Shown here: piece after piece, positions 19,970 to 29,112 of the stretch
How the letters are laid out: each line of letters begins with the position of its first letter
Numbering within the stretch: position 1 is the first letter of the stretch
Source: a virus
Direction: 5' to 3' (one strand)
IMG/VR virus record: IMGVR_UViG_3300020463_002440
Span: 1 to 64,000 of that record
Length of the DNA stretch: 64,000 bases
The notes under the pieces: generated by a model
Told to the model about the DNA's origin: nothing
Seen by the model: the letters and a program-made list of their open reading frames with translations, nothing else
The model's database searches: none
Program-made: the position numbers and the translations under genes

Positions 19970-20151
19970 TTTATAACAGATTAGCTTCAGCAGCTTATGG
20001 AGAAGGTAGAAAATATTTTAAATGGTGGATAAATGTTTGGTGTAAACGACCTCGTTAAAAAATTATTAATTTTAGGAATCGTTTTACTTCCATGGGAAGT
20101 TTTGCTGGTATATATTATAGTTAAGGCCTTTGTATAATAATAAATAAAGAT

Positions 20152-20598
20152 ATGGCATATAGCAATAAAGTAGTAAATAGATTTGAAGATGTATTAAATA
20201 ACCCTGAAAAACATGGAGTTGGACGATTTGATCCAAACGATCCACATGTAGCAACAGGACTAACAGGTGCACCTGCTTGCGGCGACGTTATGAAATTGGA
20301 TTTAAAACTAAATCCTGATAACGACGAAATCATTGATGTTAAATTTAAAACATACGGATGTGGTTCAGCAATTGCTTCATCTACTTTGTTTGTTGAAATG
20401 CTTAAGGGAAAAACAATTGAAGAAGCTAAACTTATAAAAGATAAGGATATAGCTGATTCTTTGGAACTACCTCCAATTAAAATACATTGTTCAGTTTTAG
20501 CTGAAGACAGTATTAAAAAAGCAATTGAAGATTGGGAAGAAAAGAAAGCAGGGCGTAATACTTCCTGGATTGAAAAGATGACAATGGGAAAAAAATAA
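20152..20598 (+). CDS. iscU: Fe-S cluster scaffold protein
   Basis: GAPACGDVMKL, FKTYGCGSAIAS, LPPIKIHC. Confidence 0.93.
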   Translation: MAYSNKVVNRFEDVLNNPEKHGVGRFDPNDPHVATGLTGAPACGDVMKLDLKLNPDNDEIIDVKFKTYGCGSAIASSTLFVEMLKGKTIEEAKLIKDKDIADSLELPPIKIHCSVLAEDSIKKAIEDWEEKKAGRNTSWIEKMTMGKK

Positions 20599-20600
20599 AA

Positions 20601-21083
20601 ATGTATGAATATAAAAGTAAATTAAGAAGAGTTGTAGACGGAGATACAGTAGATGTCGATATTGACTTGGGGTTTGGTATTTGGCTTTATAACGAGCGTG
20701 TACGTATTATGGGAATTGATACACCAGAGTCTAGAACGCGTAATAAAATTGAAAAACTATTTGGCTTGGCAGCAAAGAAAAGAGTTAAAGAGCTTCTTGG
20801 AAAAAGTCCCGTCCTCAAAACGTTTGTAGGTCGTGGTGGCGAAGATATGAAAGGCAAGTTCGGTCGTATCCTTGGAGATTTTGATTGTTATAATCCATCT
20901 GAAGATTCTTGGAGTCCATTAACAAAAATTATGATTGCCGAAGGTCATGCAGTAGAATATCATGGTCAATCAAAAGATGATATTGAAGATGCTCACTTAG
21001 AGAATCGCGACAGAATATTAAAAGAAGGTTTAATTGACAAAAAAGCTTACGATAAACTCGTTAAGACAGGGAAGTATAGTTAA
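20601..21083 (+). CDS. Thermonuclease (SNase-like)
   Basis: VVDGDT, R..GIDTPE, KFGRILG. Confidence 0.85.
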   Translation: MYEYKSKLRRVVDGDTVDVDIDLGFGIWLYNERVRIMGIDTPESRTRNKIEKLFGLAAKKRVKELLGKSPVLKTFVGRGGEDMKGKFGRILGDFDCYNPSEDSWSPLTKIMIAEGHAVEYHGQSKDDIEDAHLENRDRILKEGLIDKKAYDKLVKTGKYS

Positions 21084-21386
21084 ATGCTTTTTTGGATAGG
21101 CTTTACTCTAATGGTCTTAAACGAAGGATTTGTTATTATGCGACATGTCCATCCTTGGTTTGCGAATAAAAGACAACAGCTTATGGACAAACTTGGAGAC
21201 AAGTGGAAGAAAATTCATGGAACACTTGACTTTGCATGGATAGGTGGTGTTACTGCTGGTATTCTGATTGATCTTGATAATTGGAAAACTTATGTAGCGG
21301 CTTTAGGAATATTTTGGGGAGCTGTTTTATTATTCGTCTATATGCCAAAATTGTATTGTAAAATTCATTCTAGGTTAATTAAATGA
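21084..21386 (+). CDS. Membrane protein
   Basis: 100 aa with three hydrophobic segments. Confidence 0.6.
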   Translation: MLFWIGFTLMVLNEGFVIMRHVHPWFANKRQQLMDKLGDKWKKIHGTLDFAWIGGVTAGILIDLDNWKTYVAALGIFWGAVLLFVYMPKLYCKIHSRLIK

Positions 21387-22051
21387 AAACTTATAAAGAA
21401 TACATAAACGAAGATTCCAGATTAGACGATCGTCTCAAAAGTAGATTAGCCAATTTAGTATTCAAATCACAAGATGAATTAAAGAAACCACCATACGATG
21501 AAATTAAAATCTTTCGTGATGGTTGGGAACGCATAATATTACCAAGTCCTCCAAGAGAAGATAGAGAATTGGATGCAGTCATAGATGCTGTGAAAAACGC
21601 AACTAAAGAACAAATTGAAGATTATAAACTATGTGATCAGAATTCTTCTCATTTCATTGAAAAATATTTAAAAGATAATAATTTAAAATACAATAAAGAT
21701 ACCGTAGAGTTTATTGAAGATCAGTGTGTACCAATTGTTAGACATTATAAAAATCACTTTAATAGACCAAGACCATATCAAGTAGCTGAAGTATACAATA
21801 AAGAACTTAACAGATTTGTATCTGACACAGCAAAAACTCCGGCCTATCCTTCAGGCCACGCAATGCAACCAATGGTCGTTGCCCTATATTATGCAAGAAA
21901 ATATCCAGAACATAAGTCTGAATTAGTCCGTGGTGCAAAAAGATGCGGATACGGTAGAGTAATAGCAGGAATGCATTATCCTTCCGATTATGATGCTGGT
22001 ATTGAATTAGCAAAACAATTAATGGATTACGTGGAATACAACAAATACTAA
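21383..22051 (+). CDS. PAP2-superfamily phosphatase
   Basis: K..FNRPRP, YPSGH, R...GMHYPSD. Confidence 0.85.
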   Translation: MKTYKEYINEDSRLDDRLKSRLANLVFKSQDELKKPPYDEIKIFRDGWERIILPSPPREDRELDAVIDAVKNATKEQIEDYKLCDQNSSHFIEKYLKDNNLKYNKDTVEFIEDQCVPIVRHYKNHFNRPRPYQVAEVYNKELNRFVSDTAKTPAYPSGHAMQPMVVALYYARKYPEHKSELVRGAKRCGYGRVIAGMHYPSDYDAGIELAKQLMDYVEYNKY

Positions 22052-22069
22052 AATATTTTCAAAAAACCA

Positions 22070-22098
22070 TTGACATTCATAAAGAACTGTAATATAAT
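22070..22098 (+). promoter_or_regulatory. Early sigma70-type promoter (palindromic-spacer class)
   Basis: TTGACA-TTCATAAAGAA-CTGTAA-TATAAT. Confidence 0.8.
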
Positions 22099-22107
22099 AT
22101 AACCATA

Positions 22108-22392
22108 ATGAGATATAATAATAATAACGGTGGCTTGTCTGTAGACTTGACACCTAGGAAAAGACATCCTAAAGATAAAAGACCGCCAACACCAATGCCA
22201 TTTGAGATTGGGTTAAGAAAGTTTAGAAAAAATGTTGAAAAAGCAGGAATTCTAAAAGAACTTAGAAAAAAAGAATTTTACGAAAAGCCGACGGCAAAGC
22301 GTAAAAGAAAAAGGGCAGAAGGTATTAAAAGACACCAAAAGAAACTTGCACTGGAAAGCAGAGCATTTAATTCAAGAGGAAAAAGATACTAA
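22108..22392 (+). CDS. rpsU: Ribosomal protein bS21
   Basis: [31 protein letters not shown]. Confidence 0.88.
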   Translation: MRYNNNNGGLSVDLTPRKRHPKDKRPPTPMPFEIGLRKFRKNVEKAGILKELRKKEFYEKPTAKRKRKRAEGIKRHQKKLALESRAFNSRGKRY

Positions 22393-22398
22393 AAACTA

Positions 22399-22427
22399 TT
22401 GACATCTGTCATTAGTTTTGTTATAAT
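22399..22427 (+). promoter_or_regulatory. Sigma70-type promoter of the small ncRNA
   Basis: AAAACTATTGACA-N17-TATAAT with extended TG. Confidence 0.8.
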
Positions 22428-22431
22428 AGTT

Positions 22432-22574
22432 TTGTTCAGTGGGAATAAACCATGACGGCGAGATCGCAAGATTGAGGACCCACGACGGCTACCGCGTTCG
22501 GGAGCAACTTTTGAACTACCAATATACCGAGTAGGAATCTGACGCCAAAGAACCAACCACTGAACAACTTTTTT
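22432..22574 (+). ncRNA. Structured ~136-nt ncRNA, 6S-like rod (tentative)
   Basis: 11-bp terminal stem TTGTTCAGTGG/CCACTGAACAA followed by a T-tract; internal helices; GC-richer than flanks; own promoter; no ORF in track. Confidence 0.7.
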
Positions 22575-22590
22575 GAATGGAATTTATATT

Positions 22591-23001
22591 ATGGGATTAG
22601 TACGTGGAATGTCAACGCTTAACACTCGTAAGCGTAAAGTAAAACTCACAAAGGCTAAATTAGCATCTTACCATGAACAGTGGCTTGCTCACAATCGCTG
22701 GGCAAAATCTAAACATTTACATGATCTTCGTTATAATACGGTAGAAGAGTATATAGATTACTGTTTAGGTAAAACTAAAATCACAAGGGAATTCAAACCT
22801 TACATACCAGAACCAACTCCTTATCGAAATACACCACACTATCCTAGTATGGAAATTTCCGGCGGTGGATGTGGTACTAAGAAAGAATCTCCTAAATACA
22901 CTGGGACATTAGTAAAAGGTATTGCTACGATGCATAAATCAAATGCAGTTCCTGTTATTAATCAAAAAGAAGCAACAGAAATATCGAGGATGGCAAAATA
23001 A
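22591..23001 (+). CDS. Conserved phage hypothetical protein
   Basis: YTGTLVKGIATMHKSNAVPV motif. Confidence 0.7.
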   Translation: MGLVRGMSTLNTRKRKVKLTKAKLASYHEQWLAHNRWAKSKHLHDLRYNTVEEYIDYCLGKTKITREFKPYIPEPTPYRNTPHYPSMEISGGGCGTKKESPKYTGTLVKGIATMHKSNAVPVINQKEATEISRMAK

Positions 23002-23201
23002 TGTTGTATATGGAATATCATTTTGAAATAAATGAAAACGGCCTTCTGTTAACAGATAAGGCAAACCCTAACGAAACCTACATGGTTCAGTTAAAAAGCA
23101 CTCCATTTAATATTGGAGATAAATTTACATTAGAGTTAGATAACCACAATCGTATGTTCTTTAAGAAAGACGGTCCGGTTCAACTTGCTCTTGGAATTTA
23201 A
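23001..23201 (+). CDS. Hypothetical protein
   Basis: 66 aa, TAATG coupling. Confidence 0.55.
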   Translation: MLYMEYHFEINENGLLLTDKANPNETYMVQLKSTPFNIGDKFTLELDNHNRMFFKKDGPVQLALGI

Positions 23202-23386
23202 TGACAACAAAAAACGACATAACCGGAGATTCTTTAAAAAGCAAAGCATCTAATAAAGCGTATGATAAAGGCTGGGATAGAATTTTTGGTAAAAAGAAAA
23301 AACCATTGGATACTAAATATGCACATCCCGTGTATACAAGATATCCACATCTTAAAGATAAGGAAATAAAAGATGAACAACAGTGA
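23201..23386 (+). CDS. Hypothetical protein
   Basis: KNDITGD...WDRIF. Confidence 0.6.
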   Translation: MTTKNDITGDSLKSKASNKAYDKGWDRIFGKKKKPLDTKYAHPVYTRYPHLKDKEIKDEQQ

Positions 23387-23624
23387 AGTAGAGGATCTCA
23401 AGATTCAACTGACTATCGCAAATAGAAAAATTGAAACTTTGGTAGAAGAGGTTAATCTCTATAAACAAAAGTATCGTGACGAAGTAGATAACAATGAATA
23501 TAAATTAAAGTACCGAGAGTTGCTTGATAGTCATTGGGATTTCAAACTAAAACAAAAAGCAATGACCGAATTAAATTACGATGGTAATGAAGATCGCGGC
23601 CGATACGGTGAAGACGAGTCTTAG
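23373..23624 (+). CDS. Hypothetical coiled-coil protein
   Basis: 83 aa. Confidence 0.55.
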   Translation: MNNSEVEDLKIQLTIANRKIETLVEEVNLYKQKYRDEVDNNEYKLKYRELLDSHWDFKLKQKAMTELNYDGNEDRGRYGEDES

Positions 23625-23632
23625 GAGACAAT

Positions 23633-24904
23633 ATGAAACCTTGGGAATTAATCCAATTACTTGAAAGAGACAACAGTAGAATCTATAAAGAAGATCTACT
23701 TGGCTTACATATAAATGATGAAGGATTAATACAAGGACTACAGTATTGTCTGGATAATATGATTACTTTTGGAGTTGCTGATATTCCAACAAGTCAAACA
23801 AACGGCCCAGGACTTTCTCCTGATTCTTTTTATGAACTTGCTAATAAGTTAAAAGATCGTAAGTTAACAGGTCATGATGCTCGAGATGCAATTGTTGTCG
23901 CAAGAGAACAAGCAACAAGCGCTGAATGGAATGATTGGTATCGTAGAATCCTTTTAAAAGACCTTAAATGCGGAGTATCTCTCAAGACGGTCAATAACGT
24001 TAAGAAAGAAACTATCCCTGTATTCACCTGCATGCTTGCTCATAGTGGTGATAATCATCCAAAGAAAATTACAGGAGATTGTGTTGTTGAATATAAGTAT
24101 GATGGTGTAAGAGCCATTGTTATTGTTGAAAACGCAAACGCAACGATATATTCTCGAAACGGTAAACAACTTAAAAACTTTCCACATATTGAAAACGCAT
24201 TCAGTCATAAGATGTTTGATAACTTAGTTTTTGATGGCGAAGTAATGTCAGCTGATTTTCAAACACTAATGAAACAAGTTCATCGTAAAGAAAATGCTCA
24301 AACTGAAGATGCATACTTTGCATTATTTGATTTTCTACCTCTTGATGAGTTCAAAACTGGATCGTCAACATTACCTTTAATAAAAAGAAAAGAATTGCTT
24401 AAAGGATTTGAACATTCAGAATATTTTAAAGAATGTATTGTTAATACTGAATATACAGTTCTTAATATTGAAGATGATGCTGAAAAGTTTAAAGCAATGA
24501 ATACCGAAGCAATTGAAAAAGGTTATGAAGGTATTATGGTCAAACCCGTAAATGGTGCTTACGAATGTAAACGATCTTACGGTTGGTTGAAAATGAAACC
24601 TTTTATTGAAGTAACACTTAAAGTAATTGATATTGAAGAAGGCACAGGAAAGAACGAAGGAAGCACAGGAGCACTCGTCTGTGAAGGCATTGATGAAGGT
24701 AAGCACATTAAAGTTAATGTTGGCACAGGCCTTAGCGATGATCTTAGGAATAGTATTTGGATTGACACTGACTCTGTTGTTGGTCAATTAGTTGAAGTAA
24801 GAGCTGATGCAATTACAATAAGTCAAGATTCAGATACAATATACAGTTTAAGATTTCCAAGATTTAAAACTTTTAGAGGCTTTGAGCCAGGAGAAAAACT
24901 ATGA
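23633..24904 (+). CDS. lig: ATP-dependent DNA ligase (gp30-like)
   Basis: EYKYDGVR, FDGE, EGIMVK, WLKMK, LRFPRF. Confidence 0.95.
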   Translation: MKPWELIQLLERDNSRIYKEDLLGLHINDEGLIQGLQYCLDNMITFGVADIPTSQTNGPGLSPDSFYELANKLKDRKLTGHDARDAIVVAREQATSAEWNDWYRRILLKDLKCGVSLKTVNNVKKETIPVFTCMLAHSGDNHPKKITGDCVVEYKYDGVRAIVIVENANATIYSRNGKQLKNFPHIENAFSHKMFDNLVFDGEVMSADFQTLMKQVHRKENAQTEDAYFALFDFLPLDEFKTGSSTLPLIKRKELLKGFEHSEYFKECIVNTEYTVLNIEDDAEKFKAMNTEAIEKGYEGIMVKPVNGAYECKRSYGWLKMKPFIEVTLKVIDIEEGTGKNEGSTGALVCEGIDEGKHIKVNVGTGLSDDLRNSIWIDTDSVVGQLVEVRADAITISQDSDTIYSLRFPRFKTFRGFEPGEKL

Positions 24905-25173
24905 CACAATATGATAGTACGGTAGAACAACAACGACTACTAATAGAGGCAGAGAAATGGGCAGAAGGTGTAAAAGCCATTCATTGTCATTCTTTTACTT
25001 CTATGTGGTATGACACTCGTCCACAAGATACAAATTACGGTAAAGAAAATGTTACCGATGTAGAATATAATAATGGTTTAATTAAAAGATCTAAAGGCGG
25101 TAATCCTATTCATACTTTTGGAAAAGAACTCAAAGGTCGTGATTTGGTTGATGCTTACAGACAAATGACATGA
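24901..25173 (+). CDS. Hypothetical protein
   Basis: 90 aa, ATGA overlaps. Confidence 0.55.
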   Translation: MTQYDSTVEQQRLLIEAEKWAEGVKAIHCHSFTSMWYDTRPQDTNYGKENVTDVEYNNGLIKRSKGGNPIHTFGKELKGRDLVDAYRQMT

Positions 25174-25718
25174 AATATTTTATATACATTTTAGGTTTAG
25201 CATCTCTTATTGCATTTACCGTTTCTCCATCAGTTGATCTTTCAGCATCAACAAGTTATGAAACAGACTTGTCATATATTGAAACATCCGATTACGAACA
25301 GGAATGCCTAGCAGTAAATGTTTATCATGAAGCAAGATCTGAAAACTTGGCAGGTAAATATGCCGTTGCTGATGTTGTATTGAATCGTGTACGTGACGAT
25401 AGATACCCAGATTCTATCTGTGGTGTAATATATCAAGGAGAACATACACCTTCTTGGAAGAACCCTAATGTTCTTGTACCTGTAAGAAATCGTTGTCAGT
25501 TCAGTTGGTATTGCGATGGTAGGTCAGATGAAACAACAGAATTAGACGCATGGGAAGAATCAAAAATGGTTGCGATTCAAATATTAGATCATAACAAGTA
25601 TCGTGGTTTAACAGAAGGAGCAACTCATTATCATACAACATTCATAGATCCATATTGGGCTTCATCACTTCAGCAAGTAGGAACAATCGGAAGTCATATT
25701 TTCTATCGTGCAGAATGA
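25170..25718 (+). CDS. Cell wall hydrolase (SleB/Hydrolase_2)
   Basis: Signal peptide; CLA.NVYHEARSE, VVLNRV, CQFSWYCDG, GATHYH, HIFY. Confidence 0.9.
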   Translation: MKYFIYILGLASLIAFTVSPSVDLSASTSYETDLSYIETSDYEQECLAVNVYHEARSENLAGKYAVADVVLNRVRDDRYPDSICGVIYQGEHTPSWKNPNVLVPVRNRCQFSWYCDGRSDETTELDAWEESKMVAIQILDHNKYRGLTEGATHYHTTFIDPYWASSLQQVGTIGSHIFYRAE

Positions 25719-25754
25719 ATAAATAACTCTATAATATAAATTATGGAGTACATT

Positions 25755-26324
25755 ATGAAATACGCTGGAGTTGACTACAGTTTAAGTAGTCCAGCAATTT
25801 GTATACATGAAGGTAAAGAATGGAGTTATGATAACTGTACCTTTCATTATTATGTAAAGCAAAAGAAATTGCTACAAGGAGAAAAAGGTCAGTATCAAGC
25901 TACTATGTATCCTGACAATTGGAACACAGACCAAGAAAGATATGACATGCTTGGTTCTTGGTCGCAATCGAAATGTTTTGAATGCGACTTTGTTGGTATT
26001 GAAGGATATGCATTTGGAGCAGTAGGTAGAGTTTTTCAAATCGCAGAGAACTGTGGTTTATTTAAACATAAGCTATATGAAAAAAATATACCTCACGAAG
26101 TTTATCCTCCAACAATGATTAAAAAGTTTGGAAGTGGAAAAGGAAATGCAAATAAAGAATTTATGATTGAAGCGTTTGAAAAAGAAGTTTCTATTGACAT
26201 TCGCGAAAAATGTGGTATAATAACAAAATCATGGAATCCTATTACTGATATCGTAGATGCTTACTATATTTGTAAATACGGATTCTACAAACAAAACGGA
26301 AAATTAGATGATAGTAATATTTAA
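25755..26324 (+). CDS. RuvC-like nuclease
   Basis: GVDYSLSSP, IEGYAF, PPT.IKKF..GKGNA.K, D..DAY. Confidence 0.75.
   Translation: MKYAGVDYSLSSPAICIHEGKEWSYDNCTFHYYVKQKKLLQGEKGQYQATMYPDNWNTDQERYDMLGSWSQSKCFECDFVGIEGYAFGAVGRVFQIAENCGLFKHKLYEKNIPHEVYPPTMIKKFGSGKGNANKEFMIEAFEKEVSIDIREKCGIITKSWNPITDIVDAYYICKYGFYKQNGKLDDSNI
26194..26221 (+). promoter_or_regulatory. Possible promoter inside the RuvC-like CDS
   Basis: CTATTGACA-N16-TATAAT with TG. Confidence 0.45.
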
Positions 26325-27003
26325 CGGACCCCCAGCTTCAGGTAAAGATGAAGCAGCAAGTTTATATAAAGAACAATTTGGTTTCGGTAACCTATCTTTT
26401 AAGTATCAGTTATTTAAAGAAACTGTAAAACATTTTGGTGTTGACCAAAGATGGTTTATGGAAGGGTATGATAATAGAGAGACAAAAGAAAAGAAAGAAA
26501 TTGCATTAAACGATATGTCTCGTAGAGAAGCAATGATTCATGTCTCTGAAGATATTATTAAACCAAAGCATGGATTAGATTACTTCGGACAATTAGTTGC
26601 TGAAGAAATTGAAGTAGACAAACACTATGCAGTAGCAGACGGTGGATTTGTTGAAGAACTTGAACCTATTATTGAAAAAGTAGGAACCGAAAATATAGTC
26701 ATTGTTCAATTGACAAGAGAAGGACACGATTATTCAACAGATAGCAGAAGATACTTTAACGGTAACTTAATTAAAGAAGTAGCAATTAATCATGAAACCA
26801 GAGTTGATAAAGCATATGTACTTAAAGAAGAAATGGATATTAAAACTTATAGAGTACATAACAACGGCTCAGTGAGAAACTTTCAAAGTGTACTTACCGA
26901 TATTTACAATGAACTAAACGAAGATTATAAACTTGATAGCATTAACAGACAAACTGAAGAACATTCCGAAACCGAACATAATCAATCTGAAGACGTGTCC
27001 TGA
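26308..27003 (+). CDS. P-loop kinase, dNMP kinase-like
   Basis: NGPPASGKD Walker A; FK..L; D.GF..E. Confidence 0.7.
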   Translation: MIVIFNGPPASGKDEAASLYKEQFGFGNLSFKYQLFKETVKHFGVDQRWFMEGYDNRETKEKKEIALNDMSRREAMIHVSEDIIKPKHGLDYFGQLVAEEIEVDKHYAVADGGFVEELEPIIEKVGTENIVIVQLTREGHDYSTDSRRYFNGNLIKEVAINHETRVDKAYVLKEEMDIKTYRVHNNGSVRNFQSVLTDIYNELNEDYKLDSINRQTEEHSETEHNQSEDVS

Positions 27004-27742
27004 TAGAAAAGCCTGGACTGAATCAGAATTTTTAAGACACGGCGTTGAAGATATAAGAGTTCATTCTTATGATCGTTATGAGGAAGGAGTATCAATTCCT
27101 TTCGTAGGTGATCCTGACATTGTAACTAAAACTACAAAAGGAGTTACATCATCTCATTTACTTACGATTAAATGGTGGTATGAAAATACCAACGAAGAGT
27201 TTGGATTATTCTTTGAAGACGATCTTGATTACGAAACAGTTCAACATTGGAATTTTACATTAGAAGAATATATCGAAAGATGTGATAGATATGATTGGGG
27301 AGCATTACATATGTGTAATGTATTTGAGTATCCTTATGATTATCAAAATGAGTACATACCTATGATTCCTCGAAAACGAGTTCCTTGGGATCATGGATTA
27401 CAGGCTTATGCGTTAACAAGGAATTACGCACAAAAGATAGTAGAATATTATTTTCCTGAAGACGGCGGTAAGATACATTATAAAATGCCATTAGGTTCTC
27501 CAATAACAACAGAGAACAATATATTACATGGCTTTGGATTAGTTATTTCCTTTCCACTGTTTAACCATAATGTAACCGACTTCAGATCAAAGAATATATA
27601 TTATTATAATGAACAAGCAAGTTCAGCTTTCTACTCATACGAGTTCTTAAAAGCTTGGTGGGAAGACAAAGGTCAATGGTTATCGCTTGATGGCATATTT
27701 GATAGTGAACGTGAAGAAAATAAAATTTATGAGGAATTATAA
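26933..27742 (+). CDS. Glycosyltransferase (GT25-like)
   Basis: IINL...PDR, SH, FFEDD, AY..TR..A. Confidence 0.7.
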   Translation: MIALTDKLKNIPKPNIINLKTCPDRKAWTESEFLRHGVEDIRVHSYDRYEEGVSIPFVGDPDIVTKTTKGVTSSHLLTIKWWYENTNEEFGLFFEDDLDYETVQHWNFTLEEYIERCDRYDWGALHMCNVFEYPYDYQNEYIPMIPRKRVPWDHGLQAYALTRNYAQKIVEYYFPEDGGKIHYKMPLGSPITTENNILHGFGLVISFPLFNHNVTDFRSKNIYYYNEQASSAFYSYEFLKAWWEDKGQWLSLDGIFDSEREENKIYEEL

Positions 27743-27744
27743 AA

Positions 27745-28707
27745 ATGAGTTGCATATATAAAGGCGAAGTTGTAGAATCAGAACTATCCGTAAATAGTAA
27801 AGGCGGAACTGAAATGATGAGACAACGTTTAATAGATAACATTGGTAAAGAAGTATTGGAAAAGGTAGCAGTACATTTATCAAGACCAAGAGAATTATAC
27901 GATGATGTACCAAATATACTTTGGTGTCATGACCTAGCAGAAGATCCTGAGAATAAAGTATTAAGAGACGGTGGTTGGGATAAGTTCAATCATTTTGTAT
28001 TTGTCTCTGCATGGCAAAGAGATCAATATGTTGTAAGATATGGTATTCCGTATTCTAAATGTTCTGTTATTAATAATGCAGTTGAAAAGAAATACGATCC
28101 AAAAGAAAAGGACATGGAAACAGTTCGTTTCATTTATCATACAACTCCTCATCGTGGATTAGAATTACTTGTTCCTGTATTTGAGGCTTTATGTAAACAA
28201 CACGACAATATTCATCTTGATGTTTATTCAGGATTTGAAATATATGGTTGGGAACAACGTAATGAAGCATACAAAGGTTTATTTGAAAGAATTAATCAAC
28301 ATGATAAAATGACTCATCATGGAGTCGTATCAAACGATGAAGTACTCGAAGCTTTAGATAAGTCTCATATATTCTTATACCCTAATGTATGGAAAGAGAC
28401 ATCGTGTATCGCACTGATTGAAGCTGTTAAATCTCAAGTAATATGTATCCATCCAAATTATGGAGCTCTTCCTGAGACTGCATCAAATGCAACCATTATG
28501 TATGATTGGAATGAAGATATCAATGCTCACGCAAACTTTAGCTTTGCAGTTGCGAACCAAATTCTAAATCAGATGAAACAAGATCCTAAGTACTTTCATG
28601 GATTTACTTTTTCTGATAGATTTAACCTAGCAAGGAATAGTATCGCTTCCTTTGCTACTATGTGGAACACTCTATTAAGGAACATCGGAGATGCCTACCA
28701 AAGATAA
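27745..28707 (+). CDS. Glycosyltransferase (GT-B fold)
   Basis: GGTE, TTPHRGL, YP..W.ETSCI..IEA, GALPET. Confidence 0.8.
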   Translation: MSCIYKGEVVESELSVNSKGGTEMMRQRLIDNIGKEVLEKVAVHLSRPRELYDDVPNILWCHDLAEDPENKVLRDGGWDKFNHFVFVSAWQRDQYVVRYGIPYSKCSVINNAVEKKYDPKEKDMETVRFIYHTTPHRGLELLVPVFEALCKQHDNIHLDVYSGFEIYGWEQRNEAYKGLFERINQHDKMTHHGVVSNDEVLEALDKSHIFLYPNVWKETSCIALIEAVKSQVICIHPNYGALPETASNATIMYDWNEDINAHANFSFAVANQILNQMKQDPKYFHGFTFSDRFNLARNSIASFATMWNTLLRNIGDAYQR

Positions 28708-29077
28708 CATAATTCAGTTTCCTGTATTAAATGAAGATAATAACTGGACTCCTGAAGACGTCGGAAATCGTATTCGAGAATACAAAGAAAGTTATTCATC
28801 AGAACTAACTGAAATTATTTGGGAAAACGTATTAGGAGAAATGGCAAGAGCTGGGTGTAACCTAGACGAAGATATTGAAAAATACTTTCCAAGTATGATA
28901 TTAGTATTTGAGGCAATCAAATCTTTACATCTACAAACAATGGGTGTGGATCACGAATTGCAGAATTTTGCTGAGGAACATGTATTTGTTCAAGATAGCG
29001 AAACTCCAGGGTCAGTAACTGGTGGATATATCACAAATATTGAAGAAACTATTGACAATGACGAAGAAATAGATTAA
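28691..29077 (+). CDS. Hypothetical protein
   Basis: 128 aa, NIIQFP N-terminus. Confidence 0.6.
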   Translation: MPTKDNIIQFPVLNEDNNWTPEDVGNRIREYKESYSSELTEIIWENVLGEMARAGCNLDEDIEKYFPSMILVFEAIKSLHLQTMGVDHELQNFAEEHVFVQDSETPGSVTGGYITNIEETIDNDEEID

Positions 29078-29080
29078 AAT
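29052..29080 (+). promoter_or_regulatory. Sigma70-type promoter for rnh
   Basis: AAACTATTGACA-N17-TAAAAT. Confidence 0.6.
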
Positions 29081-29112
29081 AGCTATTGTAAATTAAATTA
29101 TGAGTGTACACT

